Shown here: positions 13,170 through 25,634 of the stretch, one piece after another
Layout of the letters: each line of letters starts with the position of its first letter
Position numbering within the stretch: position 1 is the stretch's first letter
NCBI GenBank assembly: GCA_032718475.1
Contig: JAUCBJ010006002.1
Span: 49-64,048, forward strand
DNA length: 64,000 bases
From: Nemertoderma westbladi
Taxonomy: Eukaryota; Animalia; Xenacoelomorpha
Direction of reading: 5' to 3'
Notes under the pieces: model-generated
What the model was told of the DNA's origin: nothing
The model's database searches: none
What the model saw: only the letters and a program-made list of their open reading frames with translations
Program-made: the position numbers and the translations under genes

Positions 13170-13990
13170 AATCTTGATGAATTACAGCAGCTTGGGTCAG
13201 CAAGCAGCAGAAAATACAGAACTTAGGAAAGCAATAGCATGGTTAGCTCTAACAAAAGTGAAAACCATCTGGAAATCAGCACTTCCCTGCCACACCATGT
13301 TGTTCGATAAAACCAAGTTCTTTCGAGCCACAGTAGTAAGCGTACATTTGTATATGATGAGTGCGACCTGGACAATAACACTGATGAAATCACTTGAACG
13401 GCGGATTGATGATTGTTACATAAGATTACTTAGTGCACCATGACACATCAGCTGGCGACAACACATGACCAACGCCAAGCGCAAGCTTTGTGGCATAATG
13501 CCGTATTGTACCGGGGGGTTAGCTCAGTTTATTGAGCACCGGGTTTACAATAAATTGTTTGTAGGTTCAGCCCTGTCAGGATCCACTCAGCCTTCCATCC
13601 CCAAGAGGGCTCGATAAAATGAGGACCAGTTGAAATACTGGGAGCAAAACTCAGGATAAGAATTCTGCCCATCCCTACTTTCAGGTAGCAGATAACGAAG
13701 TCGAGCTTACAAGTCGTCTCTGTGGACTATATCAACTACTCAATATGAACGCAGACTACAATTTTGTGAGAACTTCTGAAAAGTTTAAAGACGATCCAGA
13801 TCTACTTACTATATGTAATATCATTCCAGATATACTTTTCTCGCAACCAGCACAGGGTAGACGTTCCTGTGACGACCACCTGTGACATATATAAACCAAC
13901 ATGAAAGGGATACTGGACTTGAGAGAAACGATATTGCAATAAGTATGGAGAATCGGGAAGCCCGGAAAGATCTCATTTCAATCGTCTGAG
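13170..13990 (+). mobile_element. Degraded RTE-like LINE 3' part, interrupted by a SINE
   Basis: RKAIAWLALTKVKTIWKS, FFRATVVSVHLY, LERRIDDCYIRLL; later RDTGLE-like C-terminus near 13905-13970. Confidence 0.7.
13510..13720 (+). mobile_element. tRNA-derived SINE
   Basis: A-box-like GGTTAGCTCAGT and B-box-like GTAGGTTCAGCCC, followed by CACTCAGCCTTCCATCCC...GATAAAATGAGGACCAG, resembling a conserved animal SINE central domain. Confidence 0.55.
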
Positions 13991-14071
13991 CTTGTTCGAC
14001 TAGTAGTACATTGTAGTAGAGGTAGTATATTAAATCAATTTGAGTAATATTGGTTATGTTATTATGTTTAG

Positions 14072-14261
14072 CCGGAAGCGATGCTATCCTATTATTGTCA
14101 GTTTTCTGGACAGCCTACAAACATTATAATGATCTCAACAAGAATTATATATTTACTAAATCCAAAGTTCTTCAGACCATCAACTGCAACATTATCTATG
14201 CCCTTCAAGGTGCCAGTTTCCAGTGTTCAGCATGGGTACTGGTGTTAATGACGGCTGACAG
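14072..14261 (+). CDS. GPCR exon 2: TM2, ECL1, TM3
   Basis: Acceptor TTTAG| at 14071; encodes GSDAILLLSVF...INCNIIYALQGASFQCSAWVLVLMTAD; donor AG|GTGATT (phase 2). Confidence 0.9.
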
Positions 14262-14601
14262 GTGATTATTTAGCTAATAACAATATTATAAATTAAAAGG
14301 ATATTTCCTTATGTAGGATAAAAAATGTAAACAGGAAATAAAATAAGTAACTACAGTATTACAGTATGTAGGCTTCTGTTAGTATTTATTACTAGTATTA
14401 CTGTATATATTTATAAATACTGTAATATAAAAAATAAAATTATAATATGTTGGCTTCCAAGCCTATTTAATATATAAATTACATAAGAAGCTAGAATAAA
14501 AATTAATAAATTATAGTGGGTAAAGGAATTAATTACTTGTTTAATATTACTTAATGCTACTGGTCAGTGCTGCCCAACGAGTTTAAAGTTCAACTATTTA
14601 A

Positions 14602-15880
14602 TTAAGGGGGGGGGGGTACACCCCCTCTCAGGTCAACATTTTTGTTTTTTGTTTTTTTATTTCATCTAGAGCAGAATTGAATGAGGATTACAAACCTGAA
14701 AAAGGCTTAGCGAGATCTCTTTTATTTCTCTAGTAATGGCTGGTTTTCCATCTGTATGTCTGTCTGTCTGTCCATCAAAATATTAAAATATAAAATAAGC
14801 AATCCGAAATATTTGCTGTTGGGATTTTTCTTAATGTCGATGTCTGTTTTCATGTTTGGAATTATCTAATCACTATGTCTGTATGTCAGTCTGTCTCTCA
14901 ATTTGTCTGTTTGTCTGTTTGTATGTCTGTCTGTCTGTCAAAGTGTTCGTCAAATTTTAAATAATATATATTTAATAGATATTTGTGAGTTTTGTATTAC
15001 ATATTGAACAGTTGTCTAATGGACTAGTTGTCTACTTGTAATAACAAATGTGAACCATCATATAACAATAGCTGGTAATAAATAATTATGGGAAACAACC
15101 ATAAACTTATTTTAACTTATTTACTTAAATTTCGCAGGCTCTGAGAGTAATTCACATGCTGCGCGAAGTCTTCATGTGCTGCATGAACATTTCATGTGCC
15201 GCGTGAAGGCATCTCATTCTGATCAAAAAGCTTTCCGAGATTCTTGATTAATAAACGTGCTTTGTGAAGAATTTAAGTACTATGTGAAACCTTCACGTGC
15301 TGCGCGAATGTTTCAGGTGCTGCGCGAAGGTTTTACATGCTGCTCAAAGCTTAATGTTCTGTGTAAAGGCTTATTATAAAAATATGTGGAAATTTTTATA
15401 TCATTTTGAAAGTTTGTTAAAGGTGTCTCATTATTCCATGACTATTTATTACTAAATTACGAAATAGTATGCGATCAAATCAAAATTCCAGAATGAAATT
15501 TGTTCACGTGCTGCGCGAAGCACTCTAAAATTATTTTAACAGGTTTTTTAAAGTTGGTAGGGGTTTATTTGAACCAAATTTCATGAAATCCATTGAGAAA
15601 TCACGAAATAGATAGGGGATAACCAATGGAAAAGGAAAAGAAGATACCAGTAAATGAAAATAGCGGGAACATTTGAAATATATTGTTCTTAAACTTTAAA
15701 TGCGTTTATCTGGGAATTGTATTTTTCACATTCAAAATACTACTACTCGGCCATTTCTTAACCAATTTTCGAAATCTTTTTTTTGTTTGATTTCTTTTCG
15801 GGTTTTGATCAAAAGTTATTGCCGATAGAAAGTAGGACCCAGTATTTTCCAAATTTACATTTTTTGAAAGTGCGAATTAT
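14602..15880. mobile_element. Composite of non-autonomous DNA-element fragments (TTAAGG-ended piece, (TGTC)n tracts, CACGTGCTGCGCGAAG repeats)
   Basis: TTAAGGGG..TACACCCC start; GTCT microsatellites; several copies of the motif that ends the HINE-like elements; boundaries uncertain. Confidence 0.35.
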
Positions 15881-18800
15881 TCGATAAATGTTCCTAATGT
15901 TCCTGATGATATTAAACTCACAAGAGAAGAAATGTTTGGGGAAATTGCAGATCATAAAGCATTAGGGATTCAATGGGACCTCCAGAAGGATAGTTAATAT
16001 TTTAAATATGTGCCTAAAGGAAAACCTTGCACTAAGCGTGGATGCTTGTCCATACGAAATTCTGTTTTGATCCAATGAATTTCCTAGGACCTGTACTTCT
16101 GGTAGGCATGAATATCATAAAATCCATGTGGATAAATAAGATCTCTTGGGATGAAATTCTTTCCCAACCTATTCAACAAGAGTGGAATAAGTGGGTCAAG
16201 AACCTACAGGATATTGATCAAATCCCAATACCAAGAGCATTCTTCCCTTGTAGAATAAACGGTGATGTTTATCAATTACATAGCTTTTCAGAAATCAAAA
16301 TCAAAATCATCAAAATCCGGCGGAGTAGTGACATATATCCGACGTATTACACTCACAGGAGAAATCCAAACTAGTTTCCTTTTTGCTAAGGCCAAAACAG
16401 CATGTGGGGAATTTGTGGCTACAATTCCATGCTTGGAACTACAAGCTGCAGTATGGTCTGCTAGACAGGTACGAATGATAAGTAAACAAATCCGATTTCC
16501 CATCACCAAGATATATTACTGGATTGATGCATCCATAGTGCTGTACTACTTGAAATCACCTTCTAGACGTTTTAGACAACATTTGTTGCAAATAGGGCAA
16601 CTATCATTAAGCAGATGACACGTTCAGAACAATGGAATCATGTGGCAGGAAAAGATAACCCAGCAGACTTCGCTAGCAGGGGAGTTACTGTGAAACAGCT
16701 GATTAAATCAAAGATATGGTTCCAAGGCCCTGAATTCCTGAAAAGGCCTGAATCTGCATGGAATACTAGATTTGATCCATTACTAGACTCAGAGAACTAT
16801 AGTGAAGCGGATAAAGAAATCCGCAAGATTGGAAAAGCTACAACACCACTTGAAATATATGAATATATGACTGAACCATTTGGATATGAAAGAGTGGAAA
16901 ATATTCATACAATTCAAATTCCAGATGCATATATGTTGACAAAACTAAGTCAACCTGCTTCCCAAAAGACACAAGTTACCATAGGACCATATACAGTACA
17001 ATCATTAATACAACATTATTCATCATACCATCGATTGGTTCTTTTTGTGATTACAATAAGACAATTTCTTCGATGGCATAAGGGATTAATTATTCAAAGA
17101 TGTAAACTTATTCCTCAGACTGAATACCAGATGGCAGAGCGACAATTAATCCGTTATGTCCAGAAAGAGTTTTATTCTACTGAGATAGAATGCTGCCTGA
17201 GAGGAGGGTCAATTAGGCCAGGTAGCCCAATATATCAGCTGCACCCGAGATATGATGAGGAATACTTCGAACAGATACAAGATTAACTAGAGCTCCATTA
17301 GACTCTGAGACCAAGAACCCTATTATCATTCCTGGGAAGTCACCATTAGCTCTACTCATAGTACGGCACTATCATGAAAGAAATCTACATTCAGGACAGA
17401 ACTGGCTTACTGTACAGATCAGGCAGAGGTTCTGGATAACTGGGATTAATACAATAATTAGAAAGATTTTGAAGCATTGTCTAGTATGTAGACACGTTAC
17501 TTGGCACTACCACTAACTCAGAGAATGTCATATTTACCATCCGAGAGAAGCCAAATCTACCTCCATTCAGTACCACAGGTGTAGACTGTTATGGACCATT
17601 CTCAGTGGTTCAAGGGAGGACAACAAGGAGGGGCGTTATTTTTACCTGTTTTAGATCAAGGGCAATATATCTAGATATAGTATATAATCAAACTGGGAAT
17701 GCATTCATCAATGCGCTACTCAGGTTTGTTACACAATGTGGGTATGTAAAAATGATGTATAGCGATAATGGTGGTGAACGAGTCTTACGGGAAACTGTTT
17801 CGGAATGGTTCCAAGAATCCAATTTACGGCGATTTCAAGACCAATATGCAATAGAATGGCGTTTTCAAACTCCAGTTGCACCACACACCAGTGGTGTATG
17901 GAAACTTCTAGTAGGAATGGTTAAAGGAGCGCTAAGAATTGCAATAGGTGGTACTCATATCACAGAAGACTCTTTAAGAACTATACTCTGTGAAATTGAA
18001 GCGACATTAATATTGAACAATCGTCCATTAGTGCCAATCACTAATGATCCCACTGACTTTGATACACTTACACCAAACCACCTTCTAGGAAAACCGGGAA
18101 TTAACATCCTACCAGAGGAGTTGTTTCCAGAACAGTGTCTACGGATTACAGATTGGAAAAGGGCACAGGTATTATCTGCTCACTGGTGGCGTGTATGGCT
18201 AAAACAATATATAATAACTTTATCTGCTCACTGGTGGCGTGTATGGCTAAAACAATATATAATAACTTTGAGATCACGAAAGAAATGGCATTCAGCTAAG
18301 AGGAATGTAAGAAAAGGAGACCTTGTATTATTAGTAGTAGGAAGTTTTGATAGAACAAGATGGCCTAAAGAAATGGCATTCAGCTAAGAGGAATGTAAGA
18401 AAAGGAGACCTTGTATTATTAGTAGTAGGAAGTTTTGTTAGAACAAGATGGCCTATGGCCCGAGTGATAGAAGTTCATCCTGGAGAAGATGGAATTGTTC
18501 GGACTGTAACTATTAAGACAGCAGGTGGTACATACCAGCGACCAGTATCCAAACAATGCCATCTCGAGAATTGTGATGATGAGGATAGATCCGTAACAAG
18601 ACCTGGTATGGAGGATAACAAGTGTAACTAGTAAATTAAGAGCATATTTTCAATAATAAGGATTAACTATATTAAAAATTATGTAAGAAATTTGAAATAA
18701 AACATCACCAATGGATTATGACATATTCTAGAATTATGACAAGATTTACCAATATTATGGTATATCATAAACTATCAATAACAAATGGCCACAGGAGATT

Positions 18801-19581
18801 TACTCTCTTGTCACTTCATTATGGAGATATGGAAAGCAAATGTATGATGTGGGTAAAGGATGTCGGGAGAAGGATAGGAGTGATGAAACATGAAACATAC
18901 TAGATACTACAATACAATGAATCTGTGAAAGATGACAGCAATGTATCATAATTAATAATGGTATTCTTATGCTTATGTTGATAAGTTGGATAAGATAATG
19001 TTAATGATAATGTTTTGCTTCGGACTTAGGTCCAAATGCTGTTCTTTCTGGAAGTCAGAAGTATGGAGCTAGCTTAAGAAAGGGGAGAAAATATATATCA
19101 GAATGTCAATGGAGAGGACAGTGTTATTCTATGGAAGCATCTCTGTGAATATATTATATGAATTCTACAGGTTCCATGGATGGTTCCTGCTGAGTATGTT
19201 CTTCAAGAACTGAATGAGTCCAATAATCAATGGCTTTAAGGGATTTGCCATAAAGTTGACAAAACCTACAAAATATGCCTTTGTCACAAGGTTGCTAGGG
19301 AAGATGAATGGCGATTATTTCCTGAATATTGCAAATGATAATTATGGTGCTTTGTTTAATATCAACAGAGAATGTTGGTGAATAAATGAAAGATAAATGT
19401 TGTATGTTCTTTTATATTGTTGTTGTTATTGTGATGTCCATACGTATACTATGTATGCTAGAAGATATTGTATTAACCAGAAAGTTAGATATTTATCTCT
19501 TGTGTTTTATTTATACTGCTTAGATACATATAATATTGTCGCTGATACCAATATGGGGCAGTCCAAGGCCCTATAATTGAT

Positions 19582-20190
19582 ATGGATTACTCCTTGTTAA
19601 AGAATAACCCTCTGCCAGTGGCTCTTAGGATAAAAGCGCCATCGGAGACTAAACATGAACCAACACACAAGTCATCACAAAGACTCCGATTGAAGTCTAC
19701 TCTCAAACGACACAAACCCCATCAAAAGTCAAGAGGTATACCTGCCAAAGTCAACAGATGTTTCACTCCTAATCTTAACCTTATGGGAGGGTTATCAGAA
19801 CCACCAGGCACATTTACCAGCCCTAGTAAATACAAGTATAAAATATATCCTTCCAAGTTTTATAGAGAACCTAATCCACACCATTTACAGCCAGTGACTG
19901 CTTTGAGTGAAGATTCGGATAGATGGTATTCCAATGCCCCCGCAGATCCAACTCCAGTATCAATATCCATTGGTACTTCACCTTTGCAGCCCACTACATA
20001 TGAAGTCAAAACACCTGAAATAGTGTCTCCAATGCAACAAAGATCAGACCCTTTCCATATAACATCTTGGTACAATCACCAAACTTTTGAGACCTTCCGC
20101 CACATCCAGCAGAAAAGAATGATAGAAGAAAAACAATGCAGTAACTCTTCAATAGTCGCTAATGGAGAAACAGAAATATATATTTTATGA
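19582..20190 (+). CDS. Pro/Ser/Lys-rich accessory ORF inside the BEL element
   Basis: 202-aa open frame between integrase and PPT; its stop overlaps the next ATG (ATGA 20187-20190). Confidence 0.45.
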   Translation: MDYSLLKNNPLPVALRIKAPSETKHEPTHKSSQRLRLKSTLKRHKPHQKSRGIPAKVNRCFTPNLNLMGGLSEPPGTFTSPSKYKYKIYPSKFYREPNPHHLQPVTALSEDSDRWYSNAPADPTPVSISIGTSPLQPTTYEVKTPEIVSPMQQRSDPFHITSWYNHQTFETFRHIQQKRMIEEKQCSNSSIVANGETEIYIL

Positions 20191-20699
20191 ATGTGGTAGA
20201 AATGTCTGGATGCACTCGTTGTGGCAGATCAGACTGTCCTGAATCTAAAGATATATCCATTCCCAAGCATCCATCAGTGAAGTGTCTCACCAGAAGAATA
20301 CCTGTATACTGTCCATACTGCAATATTGATGGCCATTCTATTATGGCATGTACACAGCTGGTAGAGATATGCAGTATTTGTCGAGTACGGGGACATGGCG
20401 CAACATCTAGATGTTCTCCCAAATATGCTAATACTAGCTCTGAACAGATTACAAATCTGGTGTATTTTGAAACACACGCGAAGTCAAATCCATACACTAT
20501 GAGAAGATTGGATGGAACGAGTCAGGGGGACCAGATGGCTATGGGATTCTGTCCTTTACCTAAAAGCCTGTTTCGGTCACCTTTTAGTTATGGTGATTTG
20601 ATAGAAACCGCTTATATGTATGGGGTAAGGGAGACCATCAATCATATACAAACGTATGACCCGGATTTAGGGGGGGGGGGGGGGGGATGTTTTGTTTAA
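20187..20699 (+). CDS. Cys/His-rich Zn-knuckle accessory ORF inside the BEL element
   Basis: CTRC..C, CPYCNIDGHSIMAC (CX2CX4HX4C) and CSICRVRGHGATSRC; the frame runs through the PPT. Confidence 0.6.
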   Translation: MNVVEMSGCTRCGRSDCPESKDISIPKHPSVKCLTRRIPVYCPYCNIDGHSIMACTQLVEICSICRVRGHGATSRCSPKYANTSSEQITNLVYFETHAKSNPYTMRRLDGTSQGDQMAMGFCPLPKSLFRSPFSYGDLIETAYMYGVRETINHIQTYDPDLGGGGGGCFV

Positions 20700-20864
20700 A
20701 AATGTTAAAGTCATTCGGAAGCGGGAGGTAGCCAGAATCGACAGGATTTGAACAATTTGTAATTTTAACCAAGTAAAACAAACCGGACCCCCTTAGAAAT
20801 ACTGTAAGCTAAAAAGCTATAGGGTCAATCCTATATGTTATGTTGGACAATACCTATATACATT

Positions 20865-20962
20865 GTTTTTGCTTAATGCTGTTTTATACCTTGTGTTATG
20901 TAGTGTTTTTGCTTAATGCTGTTTTATTATACCTTGTGTTATACAGTGTTTTTGCTTAATTT
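20865..20962. repeat. ~43-bp tandem repeat (about 2.4 copies)
   Basis: GTTTTTGCTTAATGCTGTTTTA..TACCTTGTGTTAT repeated just upstream of the GPCR exon 3 acceptor. Confidence 0.75.
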
Positions 20963-21057
20963 TATTATTTAATTTATAAACATACATGTATAAATAAATC
21001 TATCCATCAATCTCATACATACAGCATTATCATATGTTAATTAATGTGTTTTTATAG

Positions 21058-21994
21058 GTTTATAGCAATAACCTTCCCTCTGAAACATTTGATATGGTGC
21101 ACAAAGAAACGCATTACTAAGGGACTCGCAGCAGCTGTCGTGATCTCCATTGCGATGGTTCTCCCTGTGATATCTACGCTATATGTGGAACAAAGCATCC
21201 ACCACCAAAATGGAACTTTGAAAGCAATCATCCGCTACAAATGCCGTCAAAAAGATATGCCATCCATAATGATGTATGGCTATTGGTGGTATTTATTCGG
21301 CACACGCATCATCCCTTTCATCGCTGTTGTTGTCTTCAACAGCAGTTGTGTAATCTGCCTAATGCTTAGAAGAACTCGCCGACAACTACTGATGCCATCT
21401 AGAATAATGTCATCAACACGCATGAACACTACTTTGATTCTCACTGCTTCTGCCTACATAACTCTTTTATTTCCGGATTTTATTAAGCTTTTAGTAGAGT
21501 GTTTAGCTACAACTAGCAACGCTGGTGGTCGTACACAAACCACAGTGAGTCAGTCATTCCTAAAGAGTGAATTCTGGAACTCTGTAACTCATATTGGATT
21601 GGTTTCCAATTGTTGTGCTCCATTTATTATATATATTGCATCCAATAAATTGTTTAGAGAGAGTTGCATGCATGTCAGTTCCTGTGGTTTGTACGTTGCG
21701 TGGATGAGGTTTTGTACCCGATTTGGACATGTTTCACCGAATCAGATATCCAGAAGTGACATGGCAATGGCCAACACTTCGTCAACTCGTTGTCGACTCT
21801 TATTGAATAATCCGGATACATCGTATGTTGGGTCACCCCAATATTGTAATAGAGGGAAGTTGCTTCATGGGGCGCCACTTCTACAAATGGACAATAAAGA
21901 AGAATTCCCATTGCATACTCTCAAGCCAACAGATGATACTTTTGAATCCGATGCCCTAGATATTGGGAATACAATTAATGCTGAAATTAGTTAA
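21058..21994 (+). CDS. GPCR exon 3: ICL2, TM4-TM7, C-tail
   Basis: Acceptor TTTATAG| completes DR-FIAITFPL; TM5 RIIPFIAVVVFN; TM6 YITLLFP; TM7 SNCCAPFIIY; helix 8 NKLFRE; exons total 1323 nt = 440 aa + stop. Confidence 0.92.
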
Positions 21995-23229
21995 ATATTA
22001 TTCATGCAGGTCTACAATTTAAATGTTTTTATTGCAGTATAATCGTAGTATTACAGTAATATCGAAACAATATAATAGATAAACATGTTAACAAATGTCA
22101 AATAGGCCTACGAAAGTTGCACCTCAATACCAAGGGGAAATTAAATAAGAAAGTTTATGAAGGACATTAATGTAAGATAATTATTTCATTATTTTTGGAT
22201 GATTAGTTGCAATGGGGTAATTATAAACCAATTGTTAAAGTGTTGTGATAGTGCAATTTTATATGCATGATGGTGCAATATGTAAATGTTTTATGTACTC
22301 TATGTATGTTTACATTTCACCAATGAGGCTTTAGGCTAGGCTTAGTAGGTGGCAGCCTGAGGCCCCGGCTTGAAAATCAAAAGGGTATCCAAATTTGAGA
22401 ATAACTGCTTAGAGGATGTCCAAGTGTAATCCAAACACATTCCTTCAAAAAGACCCGCCCGCCATCTAGTCAACAGATAATAAAACAAATTCCGTTCACT
22501 TCGGTCACATTATTTTTTTCTGGTGCATTGGTTCACTCTGACATTACTTGTGTATATTATTATAATACCATAATAATGATAATTTTTAATTAAATTTACC
22601 CCGATGTATTTATTTATATTTTATATATAGGTTTCGTTTGGCATAGATTAACAATGGTGGCATTGACAACCAGGTGGTTATCAAATTGTGACCTACAGGT
22701 TGAAAGTTTAGATGCTCTAACCATTCCACTATGCGCTTAGATTGATTGTTTGTTTTTACGCCATAAATACAGAGTACTGTAGATACAATTTACAATAACA
22801 ACAAAATACATATTAATACTTTACTTATTTGGACAGACGGTAATATATATATTTAAATTCGTAAAAATTAATGGCATGAAGGACATAAAAATACATAGTA
22901 AAACTTACTTAAGATTGCACCGAGAACAGAAAATACATATTAAATTTGGCGTCTTTATTCTGATATTATTCAGCATATATTACTAAAATCTTTAAAATCA
23001 TAAAAGTTTTAAGGCAACTAAAGAAAAATATTTAAAAATACAAATAAAAATTTCAAATACTAATAAACAAATAAAAAATTGAAACGATAATCTGACTATC
23101 TTGTGTCTAATCATGTTTTGACGTAAGTTTATTATTATTATTCAGTAATTAATAATTAAAAATAAATAAGATGTATTGGATAGCTCCATGAGGCCGGTGC
23201 CTCGTTTCCATGGAGGTCCATTCAAGTAC

Positions 23230-24290
23230 TGTACATAAGTTAAAAAGTTAAAAATATTGAAATGCTGATTCGTCAGAACTCTCTATAATGCGCTTTTTGC
23301 GTAATTTGTTTGAAAACAAGGGGGATTCAGCAGTGGTTACCGGCAGTTTATTCCATAGTTAATGGCCTTTGTAGCTTAGTGCCATTTGTCCATGTACCGT
23401 GCATTTATGGGGTAAAAATGCGAGAATTGAGGCTCTATGCATCCCAGATCGACCTTCGTGAAACTCTACCAGTTCTACCATGGTGGTGATGTACCATGGG
23501 ATTTACGGTTCATGTGCGACAGGATTACTGACTGCACTCGTAGCCTATTGGCAGCCAATTTATGGCAATGAAGTGAGAAGTGAGTTAAAATGGAATCGTG
23601 GAACATCGAATATTGTCGAATTTCTTCAGTTTAATATCAGTTACCATACACATTATCTGTAGCTTGGAATCAGCTAGTCGTGTTTTACCAAATAATACAC
23701 TTTCAGTTTTGTCAAGATTAATAGTTAGACGTTTCTGTCAATTGTTTGACTACTCAATTACTCTATGCATAGTATTTTGCAGGGACTTTTGAATAATTTC
23801 AAAATTTTAATCACACTTAAGCAGGCCAATATCATCATCAGCGAAGCGGTGGCAGTATATCTTCTTTTACATCAGTTATGATTTGTATTTGCGATACCTG
23901 ATCTAGGACGTAGTCAAAATCATTACTATTTATTTACTAGGTACAACCAGACACCTGAATCGATCCTTACGGTCCTGCAACATTGTCGATTGGTTTAACC
24001 TCAGACTTAGCACCATTTACAACCACACATTGTCTCCTGTTGGTCAAATGAGATCTGAACCATTCCTGTGTCTTTTTGCACCTATAGCTTGTAGCTTTTG
24101 AAATAGAATGTCATGATTCACTGTATCAAATAAAAATGTTTAAAACTTTTTAAAATTATTGATTAATATCATTCCTTTCATTTTACCCTGATCCATCGCT
24201 ACTTGTATGTACTAATTGTTTAACCAATAGCAGCGATGTCTCTGTTTAATACCCATCACGAAAGGCTGATTCATATAATTGCTTGAAAAT
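23230..24290 (-). mobile_element. Degraded CR1/L2-group LINE RT
   Basis: Minus strand FDTVNHDILFQKL (~24100-24130) and RFADDD (~23830-23850); many stops. Confidence 0.65.
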
Positions 24291-24597
24291 TGATTGATAA
24301 ATCAAAATAATAATTTAATTATAATATATTTAATAATTTAATAATAAAATTAATTGATATAATATATTGCTTTATATATAAATTGTATGCGTTATCAAAA
24401 TAGTATCTCACATCGCCATATGTAAAGATACCTTGATGGATTCAAGTCTGTTTTTTATATCGAGATGTAGCGCATTTACTTTGGCAGAGAAGGCAACATT
24501 GAGCGTAATGGAGTTTTTCATGCAGTTCTGTTATATCTTTATTACACTTTTTGGTTGCATTAGCAGTGCAGCACCCACAAAGGAAATCTATTTGACT

Positions 24598-25606
24598 GGT
24601 GTTGTCGCGTTTTGGCAACTGATAGTAACGTTAGAGCCGCATTTCGGCATCTCATAGTTTCGGCAACATGGTAACAAGGTTGCGTTTCGGCAACTCATAG
24701 TTGCATTTCGGCAACTCATAAGTTGAATTTCGGCAACTGTTAACAGGATACGCTTAGGAAAACGGTGTTGTCGCGTTTCGGCAACTGATACTGTAGTATC
24801 GTTAGACCCCCGTTTCAGCAACTCATAGTCGTTTTGGCAACATGGTAACAAGGTTGCGTTTCGGCAACTCATAGTTTCATTTCGGCAACTCATACAGTAG
24901 TTGCATTTCGGCAACTGTTAACAGGATGCGCTTAGGCAAACTGATAAATGCGTTTCGGCAATTGATAGATGCGTTTCGGCAACTCGTAAACGAAGGCCAA
25001 CTGGAAATTGTATAGAGCCTACAGTATAGAGATAGGAGTAAACTCAACGTCACCATCGCATCGTATCAACATATAGGGCAGAGCAAATCAGTATTATTTA
25101 TTACCTTTGCCTCATTACGTTTCCCATTATTCATTTTCATTCTACATTATTTTACCCACGCCTACTCGTAGCTGGAAATCCAGCCCAGCAAGGTGCGCTT
25201 CGCTATGTATTAGAAAAACTCCCCTTGGAAATTGAAACGGGATTTGTGTTTCAGACAGACAGACTCCAGTTCCAAACTTACACATCCACAACTTCAGCTG
25301 TGGTAAAATTAATTAACTAACTCAACAGTTAACAACTCTGCCGTCAATAACTATAACTAACTTAAACTTGTCATCATTTACTTACATAATGAGTGCAATC
25401 ACAGTTACATTACATACGAGGGTTTGTGACCTAGTTGCCGAAACGCGACATCAGTTCGAGGAAATGCAACTGCGAGTTGCCGAAATGCAACTACGAGTTG
25501 CCGAAACACAACTATAGCAGGTTGTGAAACGTAATTGTTTAGTTGCCGAAACGCGAATTTGAGTTGCCTACTGTAAACGTGACAGTTGCCGAAACGCGAC
25601 AGAACC
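24598..25606. mobile_element. Non-autonomous TIR element with TTTCGGCAACT subterminal arrays
   Basis: Ends GGTGTTGTCGCGTTTTGGCAACTG / CAGTTGCCGAAACGCGACAGAACC; near-perfect 8-bp TSD ATTTGACT / ATTTGACC. Confidence 0.75.
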
Positions 25607-25634
25607 ATTTGACCAAAGTCAGTGCCATTTGGTG

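Larger units (their letters stand above)
15890..20800 (+). mobile_element. BEL/Pao LTR retrotransposon, 5'-truncated (RT end, RNase H, integrase, 3' accessory ORFs, PPT, start of 3' LTR)
   Basis: KALGIQWD, FDPMNFLGP, TIPCLELQAA, WIDASIVL, WNHVAGKDNPADFASRG, YSDNG, PVAPHTSGVW, LNNRPL, GEDGIVRTVTIKT; G-rich PPT 20669-20687 then TGT at 20688; frameshifted; LTR 3' end not located. Confidence 0.9.

Noticed and set aside
13510-13580. Functional tRNA gene
   Set aside because: No complete cloverleaf; it continues into a SINE-like body
21044-21994. Standalone intronless GPCR
   Set aside because: It lacks TM1-3, which are supplied by phase-compatible upstream exons
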